Under the pieces are notes generated by a model that ran no database searches, was not told the DNA's origin, and worked only from the letters and a program-made list of their open reading frames with translations. Positions 25,251-37,519 of a stretch of DNA of 64,000 nucleotides are shown piece after piece; position 1 is the first letter of the stretch, and each line of letters opens with the position of its first letter. Made by a program: the position numbers and the translations under genes. The DNA lies in the NCBI RefSeq assembly GCF_018350175.1, contig NC_058368.1, positions 20,834,001 through 20,898,000 on the forward strand, written 5' to 3'. This DNA is from Felis catus. Taxonomy: Eukaryota.

Positions 25251-27945
25251 AATGATAAAGGATTGGGGGGGGGGAATGGTGGAGTAGGAAGCACCAGGAA
25301 TCTGCCTCCTCATCTACAGAACAATTGCACTAGCAGAATCTGCCCAAAGTAACTATTCTGGAGTCTCACAACTTCCAGGGGAAGGCTAGGACAGCAAATT
25401 GTGGTTAACTTTGGTCAACTTCAGTTTATACTACAGTAACAGCTACCCACCCCCCACTCCCAACCTCATAACAGGCAGCTGTGCATGTATTCCTAGAACA
25501 GCCTGCATACAGCTTGCAGGAGCCAGGCAGAGGAAAAAGGACCCTGTCCTCCAAACACCAGGGGTCTGTGCTCTGTTAGCTGATTGCTGCTTCTGATCAC
25601 AGAGGTTCAGACAAAAAGGAGAACAGCCAGTATCGTTGCACCTTTTCCTATTGTTCAAAGCCCCTCTCCCTCTGGCTGAAGTGACTTACAGGGGATTTAA
25701 AGGACTGGCACCCTTATCCCCACTTCATTTCTCTTTTTTCTCCTCTTTGAGAGCTAGACATTAAAGACTAGTACACTCAAAAACAATTGCATACATGAAG
25801 AAAAGTAGAAAGTTACCACATATGTCCAGGGAAAGGCTCAGAAAAGATCTGAGAAGGCCTTAAGTTTACACCCCAGGATGATCCTTGACACAGAGACAGA
25901 TAAATAAAGAAGTAAATAAAGAAACAAACAATAAAGAAACAAAACAAATAAAGAAATAAATACAGAAGTAAATAAAGAAACAAACAGGAACAGTAGCAAA
26001 ACACAGCAAATTCTGGGAAAGGAGATGCTCTGATTTCCATAGTTACCATACAATTAGATTCAAATGTCTAATTTTCAACCAAAAAATCAAAAGCCATAGA
26101 ATGAAACAGGAAAATATGATCCATTTAAAGGAAAAAAATAAGTCAACAGAAACTGTCACTGAAAAGGACCTGACAAAGACTTTAAAATAATCCTCTTAAC
26201 CATGCTCAAAGGACTAAAGAAAGATACGGAGAAAGTCAAGAAAATGATGTGTAAACAAAATGGAAATATCAGTAAAGAGAAAACCAAAAAACAAAATTTT
26301 CAAAAAGAAATTCTGGTGCTTAAAAGTACACTAAGGGTTATGAAAAGTGATTCAAAGGCAGATGTAAGGAGGCAGAAGAAAGAATGGGCGTAAAGATAGA
26401 ACAATGGAAATTGTTAAGTCTGAGGAACAGAAAGAAAACAGATTGAAGCAAAGTGAGCTGAGCCTAGAGGTGTGTGGAACACCATCATGTGGACCAACAT
26501 ATGCATTACGGGAGTCCCGGAAGAAGATAGAGGCAGAAAAAGTATTTGAATAAACTAAGGCTCAACACTTTCCAAATTTGACAAAAGACATGAATATAAA
26601 CATTCAAGAAGCCTAATGAACTCCAAGTAAAATGAACTCAAAGAAATCCACGCTGAGACATATGATAATCAAACTTTCAATAGACAAAAATAAAAAGAGA
26701 ATCTTAAAAGCAGTGAGAGAGAAACAACTTGTCACATAGAAGGGACAATTCCTCATGAAGGAATAAAATCATTAGCAAATTTCTCATCTGAAATTTTGGA
26801 GGCCAGAAGGCAGTGGGCTGATACATTCAAGGTACTCAGTGAAAAAAGCTGTCAACCAAAAATCCTTTATCTAGCAAAACTGTCCTTCAGGAGTGAGGGA
26901 GAAATTAAGATATTCCCAGATAAACACAAGCTGAGGGAGTAATTACTCCCAGACCTGCCCTGAAAGAAATGCTCAAGGGAATCCTGCATGGTTAAATGAA
27001 AAGGCACTATATAGTAACTAGAAGGAATATAAGAAATGAAGATCTCAATAATGTCAAATACATGGGCAGTTGTAAAAGATACTATTATTGTAACAATGGT
27101 TTATAACTCCATTTTTTTTTGTTTTCTACATGATTTAAGAGACTAAAATATTTTTTTTAAATATTATTCAAAACAGTATCATTGTAGCTTTGGTGTGACT
27201 TGTTGTTTCCTACATAATTTTGGACACTAATTAATTTAAAAGAGTTATTAACTATGCTGTTGAACATACAATGTATAAAGATGTAATCTTGTGACATTAC
27301 CAACTGAAAGGTGGGGACAGAGCTATAAAGGAACAGGTTTTGTATGTTAAAAACTTTCAAACTATTACTATATTGAAAACTATTATTGAAGTTAAGCTGG
27401 CATAATTCAAATTGGAGTGTGATAACTTTAGGATGTTAATGTAATCCCTATAATAGCCAAAAAGAAAATAGCTATGAATATGCACAAAAAGAAATGAGAA
27501 AAGAATTCAAATGTTTCCCAATTTAAATTGTGAAAAATTAAAATTTAAAAATTTTTAAATTACATTTTAATTTGAAATAAAAAATTAAATTTAAGAAATT
27601 TAAAAAATTTAAATTTAAAAATAAAAATCAAATAAATGCAAAAGAATATAATAATGCAGGAAATGAGGAGAAAAAAAGTGATGAGGCATATAGAAACCAA
27701 ATAGCAAAATGACAGAAGTAAGGCCCTCTTTGTCAGTAATTACTTTAAATGTAAATAGATTAAACTCTCCAAAAATATATGATCCCACTATATGTTGTCT
27801 ACAAAGAACTCACTTTAGCTCCAGACCCACAAATAGATAGAAAGTGAGGGCATGGATATTCCATGCAAATAGTAACCAAAAGAGAGTAGGGGTGACTATA
27901 CTAATGTCACACAAAATAGACTTTAAATCAAAACAGATTTCAAGA

Positions 27946-28415
27946 ATTGGAGAATATTTAAGTGTTTGCGACTTTCTTCCTTTTCCAAACAGTGGGGTAA
28001 CAAATGTGCCAATTTTTACAGACACTGAATGTTTTAGAACAGAAGCTCGGTGCCACTACAGGTCTTAGAAACAAGGATTGATCCTGTGTATTGAACACTT
28101 TGCACTGTCAATGCATTTTATCCTCACAACCCTGTCAGGTAGCTATGATGGTCACCCCCACTTTACAGATGGGCAAACTGAGCCTTACAGTCACAGTAAG
28201 TGGAGGCGCTAGGACAAAACCCAAACATATGAAGAGGAAACTCCTGCCCCTAACCTGTGTGATTGTGCAGCAAAGGCGACAACACAGGTGAGAGAGGCAA
28301 GGAGGGTCGGGGAAAGGGATTCATGAGCATGAACTAAGATATGCCTCCCTAAGCACAGTATCTGGTGAGCAATAAATGATGCCATCACCAAAAAATTGAA
28401 ATGATGCCACCTTTT
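27946..28415. other. Non-L1 insert (includes a minus-strand MIR fragment at about 28085-28225) interrupting L1 ORF2
   Basis: L1 EN sequence stops at 27945 and resumes at 28416. TTTCAAGA flanks both sides. MIR core ATCCTCACAACCCTG...CCCCACTTTACAGATGGGCAAACTGAG lies inside. Confidence 0.8.
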
Positions 28416-29138
28416 TTTCAAGAGGCAAAGAACATGATAAATTAATAAAAGGTTCAATACAGGAAGATATAACAATTAACAAACATTTATGCACCTAACA
28501 GACCAGCAAAATATATGAAAGAATTGAAGGGAGAAATAGCACAAAAATACTTGGAAACTTCCATACCCTATCTTCAATATTGGACAAAACAAACTGATAG
28601 AAGTAAGGAAACAGAGGACTTAATATAATAAACCAAGTAGATCTACAAATATATATAGAATGCTACCCAACAAAAACAGCATAAACATGCTTCGCAAGTG
28701 CACGTGGGACATTTTCTTGGATAGGCCATATATTAAGCCACACATTAAGTCTCGATAGATTTAAAAAGACAGATATTAAACAAAGTATCTTCTCTAAGCA
28801 TATTGACATGGAGTTTGAAGTAAACAACAGAAGTAAGTTGGAAGGTTTATAGATTTGTGGAAATTAAAAACATTAACAAAAACAATGGATCAAGGAGAAA
28901 ATTACAAGAAAAATGAAAACACAACATACCAAAATGTATGGGGCATAGCAAAAGCAGCGTTAAAGGGGGAAATTTTTTTTTATTTAAAAATTTTACAGTA
29001 AAAAACAAGACAGATCTCAAATCAATAATCTAAATTTATAGCTTAAGGAACCAGAAAAATAATAACAAACAAAACCCAAAGCTAGCGCAAGGAAGATAAT
29101 AATAAAGGCTAGAGAAAACATATAAGAAATGGAGTCGA

Positions 29139-29354
29139 AGGGTGCTGGGTGGCTCAGTCAGCAAAGCATCCAACTTTGGCTTAGGTTATGATCTCATGGT
29201 TTGTGAGTTCAAGCCCCACATAAGGCACCCTGCTGTCAGCATGGAGCCTGCTTCAGATCCTCTGTCCTATCCCTCTCTCTCTCTCTGTACCTTCCCTGAT
29301 CATGCTCTCTCTCTCTCTCTCTCTCTCTCAAAAAATAAATAAACTTAAAAAAAA
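29139..29354 (+). mobile_element. Felid SINEC inside L1 ORF2
   Basis: GGGTGGCTCAGTC...GTGAGTTCAAGCCC...(CT)n...AAAAATAAATAAAC. TSD is degenerate. Confidence 0.92.
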
Positions 29355-30187
29355 AGAAACAGAGAATAGAGAAATAATAGAGAATATCAATGTAACCAAA
29401 AGTTGGTTCTTTGAAAATATGAATAAAATTGACAAATCTTTAGTTAGATGGACAAAGACAACAGGAGAAAAGATTCAAATTACTACAATCAGAAATGAAA
29501 GTGGGACATCATTACCAATTCTACAAAATGAAAAGGAGTAGCAGAATATTACAAATAATTGTATACCAAAAAACTGGATAACACAGATGAAATGGACAAA
29601 ATCTAACAAGACTAAAACCTAACAAGACTAAATCACAAAGAAATAGAAAAAGAATAGACCTGCAACCAGTAAGGAGATTGAATCAGTCATCAAAATTCTC
29701 CCTACATAGAAAAGCCCCAACCTGATAACTTCACTGGTGAATCTTATCAAATATTTAAGGAAGAACTATACAAATTCCTGTCAAACTTTTTAAAAAATTC
29801 AAGAGGAGGGTACACTTCTAAACTCATTCTATGAGGCTAGCATTATCCTGATTCCAAAGTCAGACAAAGATACTACAAGAAGAGAAAACTACGGACTAAT
29901 ATCTCCATCTACAATGACACAAACATCTTCAACAAAATATTAGCAAACTGAATTCAGCAGCAAATCTAAAGGATTATACACCATGACCAAGTGGATAGGA
30001 TGCAATGCAAGGATGGTTCAACAGACAAAAATCAATCAGTGTAATATATCACATTAACAGAAAGAAAGCAAGGAAGAAACACCATAATCTCAACTGATGC
30101 AGAAAAAGCATTTCGCAAAATAATAAAAATATACTCAACAAAGTATGAACAGAAGGAAACTACCTCAATATAATTAAAGCTCTCTAT

Positions 30188-31082
30188 GACATGAATAGAC
30201 ACTTTTCTGAAGAAGACATCCAGATGGCCAACAGACACATGAAAAGATCCTCAACATCACTCATCCTCGGGGAAATACAAATCAACACCACACTGAGATA
30301 CCACCTCACACCAGTCAGAGTGGCTGAAATTAACAATTCAGGAAACAACAGATGCTGGCGAGGATGTGGAGAAATGGGAACCCTCTTGCACTGTTGATGG
30401 GAATGCAAACTGGTGCAGCTGCTCTGGAAAACAGTGTGAAGGTTCCCCCCAAAATTGAAAATAGAACTACCTATGACCCAGTAATAGCACTAATAGGACA
30501 CAAGAGTGATGATTCATAGGGGCACATGTACCCCAATGTTTATAGCAGAGCTTTCAACAATAGCCAAATTATGGAAAGAGCCTAAATGTCCATCAACTGA
30601 TGAATGGATAAAGAAGATGTGGTTTATATACACAATGGAATACTACGTGGCAATGAGAAAGAATGAAATCATGCCATTTGCAGCAATGTGGATGGAACTG
30701 GAAGGTATTATGCTGAGTGAAATGAGTCAGTTAGAGAAAGACAAATATCATATGTTTTCACTCATATGTGGATCTTGAGAAACTTAACGGAAGACCATGG
30801 GGGAAGGGAGGGGAAAAAATAATTACAAACAGAGAGGGAGGGAGGCGAACCATAAGAGACTCTTAAATACAGAGAACAAACTGAAGGTTGATGCGGGAGT
30901 TGGGGGGGCGTGGAGGAGAGGGGAAAATGGATTATGGGCATCGAGGACGGCACTTGTTGGGATGAACACTGGGTGTTGTATGTAAGCGATGAACCATGAG
31001 ACTCTACCCCAAAAACCAAAAACACACTTTACACATTGAATAGTAGCCAATTTGACAATAAATTATATTATTTTTAAAGAAG
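30188..31082 (+). mobile_element. Young felid/carnivore L1, 5'-truncated (ORF2 C-terminus and 3'UTR), nested in L1MB
   Basis: ORF 30191-30397 ([19 protein letters not shown]...[14 protein letters not shown]) and ORF 30506-30778 are well-preserved ORF2p C-terminus. Cat-type G-rich 3'UTR and AATAAA at 31057. Confidence 0.93.
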
Positions 31083-32777
31083 GAAAAACTTACAGAAAAC
31101 AACATAGTCAATGATGAAAGACAGTTTTTTCCAAGACTTGCCATTCTGCTCAACATAGTACTGGAAGTTCTAGCCAGAGCAATTAGGCAAAAAAGAAAAA
31201 TAAAAGGTATCCAAATAGTAAAGAAAGAAGTAAAATTATCTCTGTCCACAGATGATATGATTTTATATGGATAAAAACTAAAGATCACACATGCAGACAC
31301 ACAGAACACATAAACTGATAGAACTAATATAATAAATTCAGCAAAGTAGCAGCATACAAAGTTAACATACAAAAATCAGTTGCATTTCTATACACTAACA
31401 ATGAACGATCTGAAAAGGAAATTACAAATATAATTCCACTAATAATAGCATCAAAAAGAATAAAATACTTAGGAATTCACTAAGGGAATAGAAGACTTGT
31501 ACAAGGGAACTACAATGCATTGGTAAAACGAATTGCAGAAGATACAAATAAAAGGAAACAGATCCCATGTCCATGGATTAGAAGACCTAATATTATTAAG
31601 GTGTCAATGTTACCCGAAATAATCTATAGATTCAAAATAGTCTCTATCAAAATTCCAATGGCTTTCTTCGCAGAAATAGAACAACTCATCCTGAAATTCA
31701 GATGGAATATCAAGAGACCCTAAATAGCCAAAACAATTTTGAAAAGACCAACAAAGCTGGAAGACTCACACTTACTGTTTTCAAAACTTACGACAAAGCT
31801 GCAGTAATCAAAACAATGTAGTATTTGCATAAATACAGACATATGAACCAATGAAATAGAACAGGGAGCTCAGAAATAAATACCCACATGTATGGCCAAA
31901 TGATGCCTGATAAGGGTGCTAAGACCATTTAATGACAAAAAGACAGACTTTTCAACAAATGATGCTGGGAAAACTGCATATCCACATACCAAAAAAAAAA
32001 AAAAAAAAAAAATGAAGTTAGACCTTCATCTAACACCATATACAAAAAGTAATCCAAAATAGACCAAATACTTAATTAATATCTAGAATATATAGAGATC
32101 CCTAAAAATGAACAACACAAAGCAAACAACCCCATTGAAAAGTGGGCAAAGTACTTGAATAGATATTTCTCCAAAGAAAATACGCAAATGACCAATAAGC
32201 ATTTGAAAAGATGTCCAGTGTCACTAATCATGAAGGAAATGCAAATCAAAACTATAGTGAGGTACCACCTTATACTCATTAGAATTGCAACTAAAACAAA
32301 AGGAAACACAGAAAATAACAAATGTTGGTGAGAATTCAGAGAACTGTGCACTATTGGTGGAAGGTAAAATGGTACAGCCGCCATGGAAAACATGGCAATT
32401 CCTCAAAAATTAGAAATAGGAATACCACAGGATCCAACAATTCTACTTCAGATTATATGCCCAAGATAAAGAAAGCAGAGTCTGTACATCCATGTGTACC
32501 CATATTTCCCGCAGCATTATTCACAATCGCTAAAACATGGAGGCAACCCAAGTGTCCACGACAGATGAGTGGATATGTAAAATTGGCTCCACACGTACAA
32601 TGGAATATTATTCGCCCGTAGAAAGGAAGGAAATTCTGACATTTGCTGCCACATGGATGAACTTTGAGGACCTTATTATGCTCAGTGAAATAAGCCAGTC
32701 ACAAAAATACAAGTACTATATGATTCCACTTATATGAGATACTTAGAGGAGTCAAACTCATAGAAACAGAAAGCACA

Positions 32778-33003
32778 GGGGCGCCTGTGTGGCTCAGTCA
32801 GTTAAGCGTCCAACTTCAGCTCAGGTCATGATCCCACAGTTCATGAGTTCGAGCCCTGAGTCAGGCTCTCTGCTGACAGCTCAGAGCCTAGAACCTGCTT
32901 CAGATTCTGTGTCTCCCTCTGTCTCTGCCCCTACCCCACTCATGCTCTCTCTCTCTCTCTTTCTCAAAAAATAAATAAACATTTTAAAATTAAAAAAAAA
33001 ATA
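32778..33003 (+). mobile_element. Felid SINEC (Fc2-like) inside the L1MB 3'UTR
   Basis: GGGGCGCCTGTGTGGCTCAGTCAGTTAAGC...GAGTTCGAGCCC...(CT)n, A-tail. Confidence 0.95.
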
Positions 33004-33139
33004 AAGAATCAGAATGATGGTTGCTGGGGATTTAAGTGGGGAAAGAATGAGGGGTTATTTTTTAATAAGTACAGAATTGCAGTTTAACAATATGAAAAGA
33101 GGGGTGTGTTGTAGGTTTTGGCCAGACCATTTGGCCAGA

Positions 33140-34560
33140 GCAATTTACTGATGATGGGAGAGCAGGTTTGGGGGGGGCCAAGAATCAGGAGTTCTGGTTT
33201 AGACAGGTTAAGTTTGTACTTAACATGTCCTTAGGATATTTGAGAGGAGAAAGTAAGCAGGCAGACATACTTGAGCCCGGAGCTCGGTGGAGAGGCCCAG
33301 ACTAGAGATGTAAACTGTGGGGCCATGGGTGTTAGGTAACACATAAATCCACAGAACTGCAAGAAATAGAGTGAGAATAGGGAAGAGAAGTCTGAGGACT
33401 GAGTCTTGGGCACTCAAACTTTTAGAAGCTAAGAAAGGGAGATGGAGCTTGCAGTGCAGACCGAGATGGAAGAAACTGTGATGTGGCAGGAAAACAGGAT
33501 GGTATCGAATTCCAGGAGACGGGGAATTGCCTGAATTCCAGGAGGGAATGATCCGTGCTACCAAGGATACTAAGAGGTCCAGTAAGATAGGAATTAGAAG
33601 GGATTGCTTGACTTGGTAACCTTGATCCATATAGTACATTGGTTTCCTGGGACTGACACAACAAACTGCCACAAACTAGGATGACCGAGAACAACAAAAT
33701 TCATTCTCTTACAGTGATGGAGGCCACAGGTCCAAAATCAGGGTGCCAGCAGGGCCACGCTCTCTCTGAAGGATCTAGGGAAGAATCTCTCCTTGTTTTT
33801 TCCTAGACTCTGGTGGTGGCTGTCCATCCTTGGTGTTCCTTGACTTATAGACATACCACTCTAATTTCTGCCTCTGTCGTCACCTGGTATTCTCCCCTCT
33901 TGTCTCTCTCTCTCTCCCCTTCTTATAAGGACACCACTCATACCAGATGAAAGACCCACAGTACCTCAGTATGACTTCATCTTAACCACACCAGCAACAA
34001 CTCCATTCCTAAATAAGGTCCAACATATTTCTTAGGGGACACACTTCAGCCCATAACACAGTTTCAGAAGCCGAATAGGGGAGGGAAGAATGTGAGACGA
34101 AGACAGTATGTATAGACAACTCTTAAAGATTTTGGCTGCTAAGAAGAGCATAGCAATGGGGCAGTTGTTGGTGGGGCAGTGCAGAATATCTAAGAGAGTT
34201 TTATTTCATGTTTTTAAGATGAAAGATCCTATACCAGGATTTGGATACTGATGAAAATAATTCAGTATAAAGGAAAAAATTATGATGCAAAGAAAAAGGG
34301 AGGATTGCAGGAGCGAAAGCCTCGCATAAGACCATGGCAAGGGGACCCAGAGCAGAGTGGAGTGGTCTTGAGATGGGAGCAGGTCAATTCATCCACTGGC
34401 AGCAAGAAGAAAGGCATGTGAGTTGGGAGAGGCACTGGAAGAAGATGAGATCATTCTCTTTTGTTCTTCTCTGTTTTGTTTTTCAGTAAAATGTGAAAAT
34501 AAGGATTGGTGAGGGGATGTTGTAGGTCTGAGCAGACAGGAGAGGCATGAAAGTCATTCC
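33140..34560 (-). mobile_element. L2, split by an MLT1 LTR
   Basis: GAGTTCTGGTTTAGACAGGTTAAGTTTG, GAGGACTGAGTCTTGGGCACTCAAAC and TATAGACAACTCTT motifs on both sides of the LTR. Confidence 0.8.
33635..34058 (-). mobile_element. MaLR solo LTR (MLT1B/C-type)
   Basis: CAAAATCAGGGTGCCAGCAGGGCCACGCTCTCTCTGAAGG...CTTCTTATAAGGACACCA...TTCAGCCCATAACA. Confidence 0.9.
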
Positions 34561-35099
34561 AGAGAGTGGGAAAAAAGACCGACCAAAACTTGAAAAGCAT
34601 GGTTATTTCTTGAGTTCTCTTTGGGAATGAAAATGTCCAGGAGTGAAAAACAATTGAGGGTGGAAATAGGGGAGACACCAGAGACCAAAGAGACAGAGAC
34701 AAATTGTCTTGAAGAGAGGCAGGCTGGGTGCATAGCAAAATCAGCAAATGAGCACACAGGGAAACTCAGACATTGGGAAAGACATGGCTCCCCTCCTCCC
34801 TCCCTTTTCTCCATTTCCTCCAGAACACTGGACTCATCGGAGTGCCGCTAGCACTCCCACCCAAGGTTGCAGGGACCGCAGAAGGCTCAAAGCAGGAAGG
34901 CAACTGTGCGTATGCAGCTCAGACAGGTAGGAAGCCTTTGTCTTCAGGGTCTGTCAAGTCACCAGCCTGGTCCAGGTCTCACCAGAGGGCTCTCTACAGC
35001 CCTCTTCCCAAAGATCTTTGAGGGGAAATACAAAGAGGGCAAGGTTTCAGTAAGTTATAGTTCATTTGGGGTGTGTGTATGTGTGTGTGCCTTTTATAC

Positions 35100-35256
35100 T
35101 CTTCACTTAACAAAGGTATGTTAAGCAATGGAAATGCCATGGAGACCAAGACAGATGTGGTGTCTGCCCTCATGGAAAAGCAGTAGGGTGGGAGACAGAT
35201 AACCAGGTAACTACTCCATCAAACCCTGGTAAGGTCTGTGATGAGAAAATGCAGGT
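35100..35256 (-). mobile_element. L2 3' fragment
   Basis: TTCACTTAACAAA...AAGACAGATGTGGTGTCTGCCCTCATGG...GGGAGACAGA. Confidence 0.6.
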
Positions 35257-35357
35257 GGTGGTTCTTGGTTAAAGAACTCACCTCTATATTTTTAATTTTT
35301 TTAGAGGTGAGTTCTTTAACCCAAGAACCACCACCTGCATTTTCTCATCACAGACCT
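35232..35357. repeat. Inverted repeat, 55/56-bp arms with a 15-nt spacer
   Basis: 35232-35286 is the reverse complement of 35302-35357 except for one extra C. Confidence 0.97.
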
Positions 35358-35895
35358 ACCCTATGACCCAGCAATAGCACTGCTAGGAATTTACCCAAGG
35401 GATACAGGAGTGCTGATGCATAGGGACACTTGTACCCCAAAGTTTACAGCAGCACTTTCAACAATAGCAAAATGATGGAAAGAGCCTAAATGTCCATTAA
35501 CTGATGAATGGATAAAGAAGATGTGGTTTATATATACAATGGAATACTACTTGGCAATGAGAAAGGATGAAATTTGGCCATTTGTAGCAACGTGGACAGA
35601 ACCGGAGAGTAATATGCTAAGTGAAATAAGTCAGGCAGAGAAAGACAGAAACCATGTTTTCACTCATATGTGGATCCTAAGAAACTTAACAGAAGACCAC
35701 GGGGAAGGGGAAGGGGGGGAAAAGTTACAGAGAAGAAGGAGGCAAACCATAAGAGACTCTTAAATACTGAGAACAAACTGAGGGTTGATGGGGGGTGGGG
35801 GAAAGGGGAAAGTGGGTGATGGGCATTGAGGAGGGCACCTGTTGGGATGAGCACTGGGTGTTGCATGGAAACCAATTTTACAATAAATTATATTT
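35352..35895 (+). mobile_element. Young felid L1, 5'-truncated
   Basis: ORF 35521-35763 (MWFIYTMEYYLAMRKDEIWPF) and cat-type 3'UTR similar to 30470-31065. TSD AAAGAACT(C/T)ACCTCTA at 35271-35286 and 36238-36253. Confidence 0.95.
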
Positions 35896-36237
35896 AATAT
35901 ATATATATTTATATATATCTTTATATATATATAAAGAACTCATTATATTAAATTATATTTAAACTCATTATATTAATTTATATTTAAACTCATTATATTA
36001 AATATAAATTATATTTAATATATATCTTTATATATATCTTTATATATGCATAAAAATATATGTATAATTATATATAAAAATATATAATGGCATTATATTA
36101 AATATAAATTATATTTAATATATATCTATATATGTATATATACATATATAATATATACATATATATAATATATATTTGTATATACATATATATACATATA
36201 TATATTATTTATATATATATAATATATATATATAAAT
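35890..36237 (+). repeat. Expanded TA-rich L1 tail with about 25-bp tandem units
   Basis: (TA)-rich tract with AACTCATTATATTAA units at about 35936, 35961 and 35986. Confidence 0.9.
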
Positions 36238-36904
36238 AAAGAACTTACCTCTAATGACATCTCTGCCACCTTCCTCTGGGGTCTGCACGGACGCTCAAAC
36301 TTCCCACTGCCAGCTAATGCTCGTCTCTGCTTCCCCTCACTTTGTCTTAGTTTCCAAGGTATAGCCAGCTGCTCAGAACCACTCTTCCTGGGATCCATGT
36401 TTCTATAATTGTGGCAGCCCAGCATATGGGACTACCTGCCCACCAGGGCTGTCCTTTCATGGATGTTGTCTCAACACGACTTTTCAGAGTAGAATTCAAG
36501 GATGTGGACAGCTTCATATGCAATTCACCAGCTCAGAGCCTTCCCTTCCTAACTGAGAAAGCTCAGCTTACAAAGGAAGTTGAACTCCTTAGAGAAAGGA
36601 GAGTCTTGGATCCCAGGTGATTGTTTTATAGAATGAAAAAATGATGCTACTACCTCTCATCTGACATCTCATCTACCCGACAGATGCTCCTCCAAACACT
36701 CATATCAACCATACCCAGCCCAGGCACTCTCCCTCTCTCTGTCTCTCTCCCTCATACTCTGGCCCTTTGGACCTTTTAAAATATCCCTCCAGATTTTCTG
36801 ACAAAGGATTAGTAGCAATCATTCAAAAATAACTTCTCAATTTTGATGTTGGTATCTTTTATCTTGCAGGAAGAGGAGGGATAGAGTTTGTAATGAGTGG
36901 GGAA

Positions 36905-37020
36905 ATCAAGAGATCTGCATAAGTGTGGGTTCTGGAACTGACAAACTATATGACCTTGAACAACTTACTAAACCACTTTGGCTTCGTGTTTCTTGTCTGA
37001 ATGTTAGGTAATTGGTCTAG
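36905..37020 (+). mobile_element. MIR fragment
   Basis: TATGACCTTGAACAACTTACTAAACCACTTTGGCTTCGTGTTTCTTGTCTG. Confidence 0.7.
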
Positions 37021-37519
37021 AATCAATAATCCTCAAACTTTTTTTTATATTGAAAGTATATTTTAAAAATGAAAATATTAAGTATTTAGAGGAAAGAATC
37101 TCCAAATATGGCACAGTTACATCAACAGGGTCCTGCAATGTAAATTTATGGTTTGGGCAATCCACTTTTACAGAATTCTCTTTTTAAGAACCTAAATTTG
37201 ATCATAATTTTCTCCCACTTAAAAACCTTTGTAATTTTTCATTGCCTGAAGCAGCAATTTTCCAAACTTCAATACCTATACATCCCTCTCAGAGGCATTT
37301 GTGATAGACATGCATCCCCAGTATATGTGTATAGTAAGTTACATACATATACTGCTATAAGTTATATACATGTAGTATGTGCATTACAAAACATGGGTGC
37401 AATTTTCAATCTTAAATGATTAAATGAGGGAAAAGAAGCACTACTTTTAAAATATGAGCAAGGTTAAGATCACAGCATATAAGACCCTCGACCTTAATCC
37501 ATGTTCTCAACCCTCCATT

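Larger units (their letters stand above)
25260..33100 (+). mobile_element. Near-full-length, decayed L1MB-type LINE-1 with several nested insertions
   Basis: In order: 5'UTR, ORF1 remnants (ORF 26202-26393 and about 26450-27000), ORF2 EN (WIFHANSNQKRVGVTILMSHKIDFKSK, 27844-27930), RT and C-terminal remnants (ORFs 29302, 31520, 32537), and an L1MB3-like 3'UTR. Many stops and deletions. Confidence 0.88.

Noticed and set aside
25895..25990. AAATAAAGAA-type repeats and the AT tract at about 27520-27630 as an array or CRISPR-like structure
   Set aside because: They are low-complexity slippage products within the L1, with no constant repeat and unique spacer organisation.
30191..30778. Well-preserved protein-like ORFs
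   Set aside because: They are L1 ORF2p C-terminal fragments of a 5'-truncated copy, not a host gene.
35232..35357. Hairpin as a miRNA gene or MITE
   Set aside because: One arm contains the L1 TSD and L2-derived flank and the loop is inverted L1, so it is better explained as an insertion by-product.
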